From Neophaeotheca triangularis (taxonomy: Eukaryota): DNA of 64,000 nucleotides. Below, one piece after another: positions 34,804-46,824 of the stretch. The notes under the pieces are model-generated. The model saw only the letters and a list, made by a program, of their open reading frames with translations. It was not told where the DNA came from and did not search any database. The stretch lies in contig BAAIJX010000036.1 in the NCBI GenBank assembly GCA_054600435.1, positions 1 to 64,000 of the forward strand, written 5' to 3'. The number at the start of each line of letters is the position of its first letter. Within the stretch, counting starts at the first letter, position 1. Both the position numbers and the translations under genes were made by a program.

Positions 34804-35580
34804 TGAGGGGTAGGTGGCGGGGCAGGGGGACCAAAGGGGGGTTTTCGATTTTGCGCTGGCACGTGGAGAGGGTGTCCGATAAGGTAGATTGTCACTATGC
34901 TGATGCACCTAATGGCATGCGTGTAGCGCGCAGGCGTGTGGAGTTTTCGACTTGGGCTCTCGCTGGGTTTTTTCATACGTCTTTTTAGGATGTTTTGTGA
35001 GCGTGCGCCCGCTCAAGGGAGAAGGGGTCAGGGTTTTGAGAGAAATATGTTCATAAATTCGGCGGACTGCTTGGTTCTCGCCTATTACGTAGGTGAAGCA
35101 ACTGCATTCAAGTTATCCCTGGAAACCGCCATGTCTCCAGTTCAAGACGCAGACGCTGGACGTTTTCCTAGCTTTGCCGTCTCGCCTCGGCGCTCTTGCA
35201 AGTTCTCATTCTTCGAAACTTCCACTCAATCGCTACAGGAGCTGGCCATACCCTCGGCGGAGGTCACAGCCTGCTTGAGAGATCAAGCTTTGCCACGACA
35301 GCACCCGGTAGACAATTGACAAAAAGGGAAAAGCACTCTCCTCTGACCCCGATTTGAGAAGAGGCACCAAACGCCAGTCCACCCCTCGTTCACAACCCCA
35401 GAGCCCTCCGTAACGCCTTGTAACCCCGCCATGTTTCATTGCCGTGAAGTCGTATCGCGAGTGTCTCTTTTGTCTTGTACGTCGCAAGACAACATTGTTA
35501 AGCCCAGCAAACAGTCGGGTCACACCCACTCGGCCATTGGGTTACTCAAAGTCTCCACTTCTCAAGTTGATGCATCTTGT

Positions 35581-37024
35581 CTAGTCGTTCTTGCTGAATC
35601 GCCTCTTCAACCAGCTCTTCTTCTTCTCCGGCTCCTGGCGTGCTGCTGACGGCAGACCACCTGAATTTTGGTAGCTAGCGCTGCCGGACGGGTTACCACC
35701 GAGGGGAATGGGGCGCCGGGGCTGGTTGGCTGCCGTTGGTGGCTGCGTTGGCATACTGCCGCCGTTTTGGGGGTATGCGCCGCCGTACGACCCTGGTCCG
35801 TACTCCTCGAGTATGGGGCCCTGGAATTGGCCGTTCTGTGCGTATGGATCTTGTGGGTTGGGTTTGGCGACGGCGTTGACGCGGTCGATTGAGCTATTCT
35901 CGCTGCTCGGGTCTGTTGAGTTCGCCCAGGGACCGGTACTGTCGGAGCCGTTGGTTGTATTCACGGTGTCGTGTGACTGATGGTAGCTGTGCTGAGGGTA
36001 GACGGGTCCACCGCCGTTGGCGTATCGCATGCCAGACTCGGATTGCATACGTTGTCCATAGCGCGAGCGCGAGGAGCCTTGCTGGTTATCCATGTGACTT
36101 TGAGGGCGTGCGCCGTAGTAACCGCCTCCAGACATAACCGATTGGCGTCCGCTGGGTGAATGTGTTCCGCCGTCGTGGCCTGAATAATGTGAGTTAGCGA
36201 TTGTTGAACGATGGTGCGTTATGCATGAGTTAGCATCCGGGAACACACCTCCAAAGTAGCTACTCCTTCTGCTTGCGTATTGGTTGTTTGGGTCAAAGGT
36301 CTCTGGTATGTCTGTGAGCCGCTCGGTCCTCGCATAGTAAAGCCCTGTCTCAGCATTGGACCTACCCGACTTCATCGACGAGCGCCTTTTGTACCCGTGG
36401 TCGATTGCGTTCTCAAACGATCTGATTGTGTCGAGCGGACGCTCCCATCGTGGACGAGTGGGATTGGCAAGATCTGGTTCGGCTGCAGAATCATTAGCTT
36501 GTTTGGCTCCCGACCATCAATGGATCTTTACACTTACAGATGACATTGCCATGCACGTCCTTGTGCTGTACCCCGCGGAGAGAGTCGAGGGTCGATTGCT
36601 CCATATAGGCAGCAACTGCAGCTTTGGAGTCAGCTTCATGCTTCGCGTGTAGGTCGGAATCAGCGGTAGCCGCCATATTGCACGAGTGATTGGGCCTGAC
36701 GTTATCTGAGAAGACGCGGGGGCCCAGTGATGGGGGAAAGGAAGAAAAAGGGTTCGCGAATGCTTGCGAGTTGTGTAATGGGTGATGTAGGAGGGTCGCT
36801 GTAGTTTTAGACGTACCTCCAGGCTGCGCCTCCGACATGGCAGCATTTGGGTTAGACTTGTGGGTAGCTTTCCACACGCTATCGCGCTGGTTCTTGTCTT
36901 TCGGCGATTCAGTGAGATCCACCTTGCCACTGCTCTTGTCGCTCTTCGCCCCGAAAGAGAAGTTGCGGCTCTTGTGGGACGTCGGCCTGGGAGAGACAGG
37001 CCCACGCGGCTGCTCCATGCTCAT
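35581..37024 (-). CDS. Conserved fungal DUF2406-like protein; exons 37024-36817, 36615-36538, 36482-36366, 36302-36249, 36179-35581; ~351 aa
   Basis: NPNAAMSEAQP...QHKDVHGNVI|SEPDLANPTRPRWERPLDTIRSFENAID; C-terminal KKKSWLKRRFS. Confidence 0.82.
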
Positions 37025-37385
37025 GACTGCTGCACTGGTCGTCGTGGTATTATTATTATTGTTGTTGTTATTATTATGATCGCTCTACTGCTCGCAAGTC
37101 GGTGATGACAGAGCCCGATGGCTGCTAGGAAGTGCAGGTGGTTTTGTGGGTATCAATCCCTCTGCGGGCGGTTACGCCGGCGTTGAATAGTGTGGAGCGA
37201 GCAACGGCGGATGGCGTGTGCGAGATAGCGTCGGTAAGAGAGGGGCGCCGTCAAACGAGCGTGGGGAAGGGGAAGGCTTGACAGTAGTGGTGGATGTCGT
37301 TGTATTGGTGAGGTTCCCCCGTTTTTTGCGACTTTGAGACGGAGTTGTTGGTATGCAAGTTGAGGTTCGTTGGAGAGTGATGGAA

Positions 37386-37450
37386 AAGACGGACGAGGAG
37401 GAGGAGGAGGAGGACGAGGACGAGGACGAGTCGGACGATGATGATGATGG
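37386..37450. repeat. Compound GGA/GAC/GAT trinucleotide microsatellite in the leader/promoter of the DUF2406-like gene
   Basis: gacgaggaggaggaggaggaggacgaggacgaggacgag...gatgatgatgatg. Confidence 0.8.
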
Positions 37451-39321
37451 CGTTGGCTCACAAAAGCTCAGAGCTGTCCCCTAGGCCCTAGGTTAGGCAG
37501 AGGATGGGTGCATGCGCGGCTTTCTGCGCCCGCTCCAACGTTAAAAAAAAATATAGGTACGTAATCCAAATCCTGATGCCGCTAACAAACCACGTCGCGA
37601 GTCTGGGCTTGTATTTAGAGAGTGGCTTGGAAAGGTTAATCAATGTTGCATTCAATAAGTTAAGGTAGTTTGTGGGTGGTCTTGTGGACGTCCTACGAGG
37701 GTGTGTTGCAATAATAAGGTAGGCACCTGTCAAACACCCAGCCTTGGAATCCAACGGTATCGCAAATGTCAAAAACTTGGAGAAGATAGATGACAGGAGG
37801 CAACGACGAATTCCAATCGCAGCGACGATACATCTACCTAACATACTTGTACCTAGTTCATCAGCATACTAGTAGTACTCATCATATCGAGCGGACCGTG
37901 AATGATTGCTGCGGCACACAGGTACATATCATTGTCAAGGACCACGACCAACCAAGGCCACGACGACGCTGATGTTGCTGACCCGCTTCCAAGGTGCATC
38001 CGACAGACAGTGACTGGCCCGCTTCGATATCTGATACATTCTTACGAATACTCGCGATAACAGCGACGAGGTGGTGTTACTCACAGCCCTCCCTGGACCA
38101 GTAATGCACACAATCTACAGTACATGTCTATATTATTCATGCCCACGCTCATGTACGTGTGTATATCTAATGGATACCCTGCAACGCTTAGCAATTGCCA
38201 ACGGTATTCAACGTCTCTTCTGCACGCGACGCCGCAGAGGCGCAGCACCTGGTTAATACTGTAGTGTTAAACGAGGGGACACGTTGGGATCCATGCGACA
38301 AACTCAAAAATAATAAGCAATACCTATCCCTCCTCGGCATGGCGATCAACCCCAGCCTCCGTGCGCGTCCGAATATTAATAATAATGCCAGAGAGCAGAA
38401 AATAGAATCCCTGTAAAAGCTCCGCGGCGGGCGGCGTGCAGACCTCCGCATTCTTGCCTCGCATTCATGCAACCACTTCCCGAGCCGCATGATAGGCGGC
38501 GATGAGACCACTGCCAGTTGTGAAGCCGTCTCTCAATCCCCGCCTGTCTCAGCCCTCAATACAATACTTTGACGCCGTGATTGCACAGCTCATGACCAAG
38601 GTAGTAGTCGTAGTGGCAGCTGGGCTACCTACTTGTACTATCTACCTACCTACCGTCAGAATTTGGGTGTCTGCGGGTGGCGTCCAGAGGCTGATGATCG
38701 GCGTCCGGGCGGGAACCAGCGCCGCAGTCAGCCGGAAAGCTCAAGCATTGGATGCTCGAAAGCAATCTTCGAAACAATCGTCGACATTCATGAACACACA
38801 GTCTTCTGGGCTTCTCAGGACCTCATAAAGAAGCATTCAGTCAAGTTGCGCTTGAGTCTGTCTGCCCGGGCAGCACGCAGGCGGCGCAAGGACAGATGAT
38901 CTTGACCTTGATCTTGGCCCCAAGAGAGCAGGATTTCGATTCGTGGTCCGATCCCATTTGGTCACTTGGTAACGCTTTGGTATTTCCTGATGGCACCGCG
39001 TAAAATTGCCATGTCGGGTACTGTTCATCGACTGGGGCCATGGGCAAGGCGACGACTTGGGATCTTCTGGTTGGCGATACACTTGGATTTCCTTGCAATA
39101 GGCCTTACTACCTACATAGGTTGACACTTTTCACGTTCAACAGTACCTACCTCTATGTATCCAAGTAGGTGATGTACCTAGTGTCGGGACCTCGCCCTCC
39201 CCCACCTGAAATCCACGCTAGCCATATCAGGAGGCGTCGCGTCGAGTCGCGTACCTATATACGAATTTAACAATCATTCCAGCTATCTGGATAGGCTGAT
39301 CGATCCAACATACTATACAAA

Positions 39322-40645
39322 ATGGGCGCCTTGAATCTTGCCGAATGGCAAAAGCTGCCCATCACGCTTTCCGAGCTATGTATCAACACCAGCCTTCGAT
39401 GTGGACAGTCATTCCGGTCCGCAAACACCAGTAACAAACTACCAACCCACAGCTAACACCATGACCAGATGGCGCAAAAACGACGCAGGAGTCTGGTCAA
39501 TGGCACTCCACGGACGTATTCTCTCCCTCCACCAAGATCCCGAGTACCTCTACTACCGCTCAATACCGCTCTCAACACTTCAAGAACCGCCAACACCGCC
39601 AGCCTCTAACCCACCCTCGACCCTTGGCACCACGACCAACGACGACAACACGCTCGAGCTCATCAAACACTACTTCAACCTCAGCCCAAATCTCACAAGT
39701 CTCTACAAGCAATGGTCCTCCCAAGACTCAAACTTCGCAAAAAAAGCACCCCAGTTCACGGGCGTGCGTATCCTCAAACAAGACGCTTGGGAAGCGCTCG
39801 TGGGCTTTATCTGCAGCAGCAACAACAACATCATCCGCATCAGCCAGATGATACATAAACTCTGCGTCAACTACGGACCGCTCTTGGGGCACGTGGACGA
39901 GACGCCGTATCATGATTTCCCGCCTCCGAAGGCTTTGGCACAGGATGGGGTGGAAGCTACACTGCGGTCACTAGGGTTTGGGTACCGAGCCAAGTATTTG
40001 TATCAGACGGCTTGTATGGTTGTCGAAAAGTCCGAGGGCTGGTTGGATTCTTTGCGGAACCCCGAGTCCCCTGTGCTCGGACAGAAGGCTGTCGAGGGGG
40101 AGGCTTTTACTCCTGCTGGGCGGACCGGGTATAAGGACGCCCATGCGGCGCTCCTAGAGCTGCAAGGAGTGGGTCCGAAAGTGGCGGATTGTGTCTGCTT
40201 GATGGGTTTGGGGTGGGGCGAGGCGGTGCCTGTGGATACCCACGTTTGGCAGATTGCACAGAGGGACTATAAATTCGGCAAAGGCAAGAATGCGAGTCTG
40301 ACGAAGCAGACGTACGATGCCGTTGGGGATAAATTTCGGAGTCTTTGGGGTAAGGAGGCGGGCTGGGCGCACAGTGTGCTTTTCACGGCGGATCTAAAGG
40401 CTTTTTCCGAACGCTTGGTTGAGAAAAAGGAGGAAAAGGTCGAGGTCAAGAAGGAGGAAGTTGACGATGCTGGGGCGGCTATTGCTGGGGCGGCTATGGC
40501 TGGCGCGGAGAGCGTGGACAATGTGGAGAAGGTTCGGAAAACCGTGAAAAAGGGCTTGAAGAGGGAAAGAGACGAGGATGAGAAGCAGGTTTTGAAGGTG
40601 GAAGAGAAGTTTGTCCGGCGTTCCACTCGAAGACGAGCGTCTTGA
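39322..40645 (+). CDS. OGG1: 8-oxoguanine DNA glycosylase/lyase; exons 39322-39416, 39469-40645; 423 aa
   Basis: LRCGQSFR|W across a 52-nt intron, FICSSNNNI.RI, GFGYRAKY, HhH motif LQGVGPKVADC, VPVDTHVWQIA, AGWAHSVLF. Confidence 0.96.
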
Positions 40646-40779
40646 GCAGGAGGCGTATCATGATGGCCACCGGCAGGGTGTTCTCTTTCCCTGGCCCCGT
40701 TCTACGAAGTAGAAAAGCACGGCAGTATGACGACTCGAGAAACGAAAGTCCATGACCCAACGCGCGATCGACTGCAACG

Positions 40780-41549
40780 TTAGACCTTTTCCGCAGCGCA
40801 CTGCCTTACGAACATGGCCGTTTCATCGGGCATGCTCAAGAATGGACTGTGCCCAGTGAGCAGGTTCTTCACCCTCTTCCATTTCCCGCCTTCCTGATTG
40901 GACATCCATTCCTGCGCAGAAAGAAGGACCGCCTGGTCTAGGCCACATACCAGGTAGCTGCTTTCGATTCCCTTCCATGCGGGATAGTCGCACTTCCCGC
41001 CGTCGCTCAAGCAAGCTAAACTGAAACACCGTTCAATCTTCGCGACAGCCTCGTCCTTGATCTCCTGGCTGCAACCAGTGTAGAAGACTTCGCTGGCGTC
41101 GTACTTCGTTTGATTCCACCTTATCCACTTCATGTCCGGCATGACAGCGCTGCCCAGGGCGATGGCGGGCTTCCGTGGGGGATGGTAAAGCAAGGGAGCC
41201 CCCTTTCTGCGACGAAGGCGCAAAGATAGACAAGGCTCGTAACGCCGTGGCCATTACCGGCGTAGTCGTCTTCAGCGCGTTACCCCAGGCAGGCCGAACT
41301 GCCCACTACGCCGCCGTAGGAGTGCATGACAACGCAGACATCGCGGTTGGCGTAGAGGTGTATGCGATGGCCGAGCGGACGGCGGAGACGTCTGGATCGA
41401 TGGTGGCGAGCGCTTCCTTGCCCGAGGAGAGCAGGGCCACGGGTGGTGGTTTCGTAGCCGGCGGACACGAGGCGGTTGTGGAGCTGGATGTAGTGGCTTG
41501 GTCTATGCCAGGCGCCTGGGATGATGACTATGGCTGGCTTGGTCGACAT
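40780..41549 (-). pseudogene. Disrupted alpha/beta-hydrolase (Abhydrolase_6-type) gene
   Basis: IIPGAWH, VMHSYGG, LVYLCAF, YPAW, DQAV and GHSPFLS motifs are spread over different frames; in-frame TAA at 41280-41282 and several frameshifts not explained by splice sites. Confidence 0.8.
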
Positions 41550-42199
41550 GTTTACCTTGATTCTTTCTTATTGGGTAGCAAACGCAGTGTGGTTGGAAGG
41601 GAAGATAGCAGGTTGAGCAATTGCTGGAGTAGAAGAGCAGGGAGACGTCAGCGCCATCAGCTCGTATATATACTTTTTCATTATAGTATCTTCTACCCTT
41701 ACGGCGAGCCGAGGGCCATCACAGGCTGAAATGCTACATGAATTTCTCACCCCATTCTCAAGGGCCAGAGCTGAGTGAGATTCTGTCAGGCGGGGCTCCT
41801 ACTTGGCTGTGTGATGCTGACATGCTTGGGCGAAATGGCCCAGACTCAGTACACTGACCAAACAGTATGTTCAGAGACTAGTTGGCAGGTTTTGATGTAT
41901 TCCGATTGTCAAATCTGTTACAAATGTCGTCCTCCAGATCTCCATACCTCCTACTGAAGGAGCCAAGCATTGAAGCGCGCACGGACCAGCGCCGGTCAAG
42001 GCAACCTTAAGCTGCCGTGGCTGCGAAACAACCGAACCTCACAAGCTCTCGCAAAAGTTGCGACACCTTCACACGACCACATCCACTTTGCCTTGCAACG
42101 TGAACAAGGCACTTTCACTTGTGTTGCGCACTTGTTCATCATCTTCATCAGACGCTTCATCTTCTTCATCACCCACTGTCGCCCTCACCAACTTCTGCA

Positions 42200-44141
42200 A
42201 TGAGCGGCACTTATCCACCAAGAGGTAGCTTCTAACCATACAGCGTCTAACCGCACGCAGGCGTCAAACCGCACGCAGCAGCACTCCCCATACTAACCTT
42301 CAGCACGCGCAGACTTTGGCCGCTTGGTCCCACCACCTTCGCGTGAGGGCCGCGATCACTACGTAAGTCTACACCATGGAGCAGTACCCGTCGAGAGAAA
42401 TGATAATGTCTGACAAGAAATACTAGTCTGCCCGCGATGACCGCCGTCGTGACCGCGATGGGGATCGTGGAGACCGTCGCAGACGCTCCCGCTCTCCTCG
42501 TGACCGTCGTCGCGAAGAGGTAGACACATACTCCAGTGCCCGCAACTACCGTGAGCGCGAGCGCGAGGACAACTACCGTGGGGGAGGACGTGACCGCCGT
42601 GACGACAGGGGATGGGAACGTGGTGGAGGAGACCGTGACCGTGGATCCGCGCGCAGGGATGCTAGGAGGGACGATGACCGCCGTGCGCCACGCAGAGATC
42701 GCGATCTCTTCGACGACAGGCGCGCACCCCGCGACCACGACAGGAGGGAGGACAGAGGTGACCGTATGCGCGACCAGGACGACATGCGCCAGCTTGAGCG
42801 CTCGACTAGGCAGAAGAGCGGAACACCACCTCGCAAGGTCAAGGAGCCAACACCAGACCTCACTGGCGTTCAGCCCATCCACAAGCGCCAGCGCCGCCTC
42901 ACTCAGTGGGATGTCAAGCCTCCTGGGTACGAGAAGGTCACCGCCGAGCAGGCTAAGCTCTCGGGCATGTTCCCTCTTCCGGGTGCTCCTCGCCAACAGA
43001 CCGTTGACCCAGCTCGCCTGAACGCTCTGATCAACCAGCCTGGCGGATCAGCCAACAGTTCCGTCCTCAAGCCAGGCAACGCGCGCCAGAGCAAGCGCCT
43101 GTTCGTCTACAACATCCCCGCCAATGCGGACAATCAATACGTCAAAGACTTTTTCAATCTCCAGCTCAACGGCACCAACGTCACTCAAGACCAGGATCCG
43201 TGTATCTCGGCTCACGTCAGCAGCGACGGCAGCTACGCACTTCTTGAATTCAAGACTTCCGAGGACGCCACCCATGCCATGGCGCTCGACACCATCTCCA
43301 TGGACGCCGGCGCGAACATGAACGGTGACGGCCCAGCCGAATCGGGTATCTCCATCAAGCGCCCCAAGGACTACATTGTTCCCGCTGTCACCGACGAGAC
43401 CGAGGTCATGGAGGGCACAACTTCCGACATCGTCCCGGACACTCAATACAAGATCTCCATCACCAACATTCCTACCTACATTGACGAAGACCAGGTGCGC
43501 GAGCTGCTGAGCCCGTTCGGTGAACTCAAGAACTTTGTGCTCGTCAAGGACACATCTTCCGGCGCTTCCCGTGGGATCGCTTTCGCTGAATACCGTGACG
43601 CCAAGACTTCTACCGATATCGCAATTAAGGGTGTGGACGGTATGGAGCTTGGCGAGAAGCCTCTCAAGATGCAGCGCGCCAGTATTGGTATTCAGCAAGG
43701 ACCGGCGGAGATGAGCGTTGGAGCCATGAGCATGATGGCGGCCACCAAGCAGGACGAGGGTGCCGACACCAGCCGTGTCATCAAGCTGATGAACATGGTC
43801 ACGGCCGGCGAGCTCGTCGATGACGAGGATGCCGCGGGTAAGCGTTATCTCAAGTTCCTCGTGCAATATTGCAATAACCAATACTAACCTATCAACCTCT
43901 AGAAATCGAGGAGGATGTGTACGGCGAAGTTGTCAAGTACGGCAAGGTCGCTGCGATGAAGATCCCGCGTCCTTCCAGTGGAAGCAAGCTCAACAACGGC
44001 GTTGGCAAGATCTTCATCAAGTACGAAGAGCCTGAGTCCGCGCAAAAGGCCCTTCGTGCTCTCGCTGGTCGCAAGTTCGCCGAACGTACCGTCGTGGCTA
44101 CCTTCTTCGGCGAGGAGTACTTCGACACCGAGGCCTGGTAA
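42200..44141 (+). CDS. U2AF2: Splicing factor U2AF large subunit (U2AF65); exons 42200-42224, 42304-42362, 42427-43837, 43903-44141; ~577 aa
   Basis: RS/RD-rich N-terminus, ULM RRLTQWDVKPPGYE, AKLSGMFPLPG, two RRMs, C-terminal UHM (KIPRP..GVGKIFIKY..GRKFAERTV). Confidence 0.95.
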
Positions 44142-44761
44142 ACACCCCGCCCAATTAATTCCATCGATTACCCTGCATCTTCTGCACAGTATACGACGAA
44201 AACGGCGTTGGGGGACGGTTGTGTTACTATTCTGGGTGCGGCGGCATATGGAGGCGCAAGTGTGGGCTGGCGGTCTTTACACGCTGGGCTGTGTTCATGA
44301 GCGGAAACTTTGGCGGTTGCATTGCAGGCTTCCGCGGATAAGCAAAACTGTCAAAACATTTGGTGTCTGTCACCGGATGTACTATCTTCATAGCGTACGG
44401 GGAGGCTTCGGTTTGGGAACAAAAGGTCATTGCATGGCCTGGAGTACCTTTTTTGCGTACTAGTAGCTACAGCAAATGTGTGACGAAGTCTCATCGATGG
44501 CTCACCGTGCAGTCTGTAAGCATACGTCTCGTAACCGGAACAATTGTTACATGTTTGCCGCCTGTAACAAGTGAAGACTTGGCAGGCACATGTTCGAGAT
44601 CTCCAGCCTCAAACGTTGGACGTCCCACATGCTGGACGCGCTAGACCCCACGGACCCTGGATCGATATACTGCTGCCTTTCGACTTCATCTCCTCGTCCT
44701 CTCCCTGAATACCCAATCCAACAAATCACTCGACTGAACGACCAGAGCAATCACTGCCAAA

Positions 44762-46252
44762 ATGCCCTTTGGACTAGGCAAGAAAGACAAAGATTCCGAC
44801 CTCGACAAGCAAAAGTCCTCCCTCTTCGGCGGGCGATCAAAGTCAAGCAACAAATCCACACCAGCCCCACAGTCAGCGAACCCCTACGCCGTCCCCCCAC
44901 CATCTTCAGACCCTTACGCCGCCAAACCGAACAATCCCTACGCCAACCAAGGAGGTAACGACCCTTACGCGCCTAAACCTAGCAATGACTTGCAGAGTGA
45001 CTTTGGGAAACTCTCGGTGAACGACGGCGGCCCTCCGTCCTACGGGGCTTCTCAGCGTGGACCGAGTCCGGTAGGGAGGGAGAAGAGCCCCGTTCCGTCT
45101 GGAGGCTATGGAGGCGGGCCCCCAAGATATCCCAGTCAACAGGGCGGTGGGGGATACGGTCAAGGTCAAGGTTATGGCAGCGACCCCTATGGCAGTGGCA
45201 GTGCAGGACCGAGTGGCGGGCAATCAAGATATGGACCTGGTGGCTACGGAGGACTAGGCAGGAGCAATAGTCAGGATACCATGACTACCGATGCCGGCCG
45301 CAATGCTCTGTTTGGTGACGCACCGCAACGACAAGCTGCTCAAGCTGCTCAATCGCCTGGTCAAGAGCAGTCCCAAGACAACAGCTATTCTGGTGACGGA
45401 CTAGGGTTTGGAGGCGAAGGTCTTGGGTATGGCGGTGCCCCAGACCGCCAACTGACAGCCGAAGAGCAAGAGGAAGAAGACGTACAAGCCGCGAAGCAAG
45501 AGATTCGCTTCATCAAACAACAGGACGTCTCTTCGACCCGCAACGCGCGGCGCATAGCAGAGCAAGCCGAACAAACAGGTCGCGACACTCTCGCCCGCCT
45601 CGGAGCTCAGGGCGAACGCATCCACAACACCGAGCATAATCTCGACTCCGCCAACAACCAAAACCGACTTGCCGAGGAGAAGGCCCGCGAGCTCAAAACT
45701 CTCAACCGCAGCATGTTCGCCGTGCACGTTGCCAACCCTTTCACTGCCAAGAAGCGCGAGGAGGCTGCGAATGCTATTGCATTGGAGAAGCATCAGCGCG
45801 AGCGTGGACAGCATGAGGCCACTCGAGCGGCGGCTTACTCCACTCAAGCGAGACATCAAAGCCAGCAGAGAGACTTGAACGGGAATGTCGTCAGAGCGCC
45901 TCAAAGCAAGGCGAGTCTGGCAGAGCGGGCGAAGTTCCAGTTCGAGGCCGACAGCGAGGACGACGAGATGGAGAATGAGATTGACGATAACTTGTACGTG
46001 TTTCCTACCCCCCTCACTGACTATAACATCTTTGAGGTGGCAGGAGGAAGACGAATCGTGTGCTAACGCTTTCATTCTAGGGAGGCTATCCACCGCGGCG
46101 CTCGCACTCTGAAGCAGCTTGGCAAGGCCATGGGCAATGAGCTTGACGCGCAGAACGAGCACATCACGCGAGTGGGGAGGAAGACTGATAAGGTTGACGA
46201 TCAGATTGCGATGAACAGGGCGAGGTTGGATCGGATCAGTAAGAAGGGATAG
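44762..46252 (+). CDS. SEC9: SNAP-25-like plasma membrane t-SNARE; exons 44762-45993, 46081-46252; ~467 aa
   Basis: G/P/Y-rich N-terminus, Qb SNARE (KQEIRFIKQQDVSSTRNA...LGAQGERI), LNRSMFAVHV.NPF, Qc SNARE (MENEIDDNL|EA...ELDAQN). Confidence 0.94.
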
Positions 46253-46824
46253 AGGAAAATGCTACTGTTATTGAGAGGTGGCGTGGTTATTTAGGTACCG
46301 TGGCATAGCGATGGAAGGCTTGGGCTACTTTGTAGACGAACAATAAGGTGTCGTCGGGGTTTGGGCCAGGTGCATGGATGGTGTTACATGGAGTCTGTGG
46401 TACGCTAAGAAATATTCGATTTCAGCAATCTTGGGCAATCCTTGATTCCTGCAAAAACACACGCATTTCTTGTTCAGCTCAATTGAGAACATACTGCTCA
46501 ATAAACAAGCTCTCGATATCACACAGGCGTGTAGAGCTTAATAAAACTGAAGTCATGTCAAGCTGCACAACTTTAGTCTTGGCATTACCCCATTAGGCAC
46601 GACAGCTTCGACGTCACATTGGGCTTGATCAGCACCAGGAGCCGGGGACGTAGAATCAACGTTCTACAAGCCTTCCCTGTCTGCATGCCCGAATATGTGA
46701 GGCCGCGAATACTTTTGCTCCACCGAAAAAAAACCACTTCACTTCTTACTTACGCTCAGCCGCAAGCCGGCTTCTTCCCCACCTCCATGAATTGAAGCAC
46801 GACGACACCAACTCACGTAGCAAG

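Noticed and set aside
37025..37087. Non-AUG poly-Asn N-terminal extension of the DUF2406-like gene
   Set aside because: An in-frame TAG lies 21 codons upstream and the tract is a simple AAT/AAC microsatellite; no supported upstream exon.
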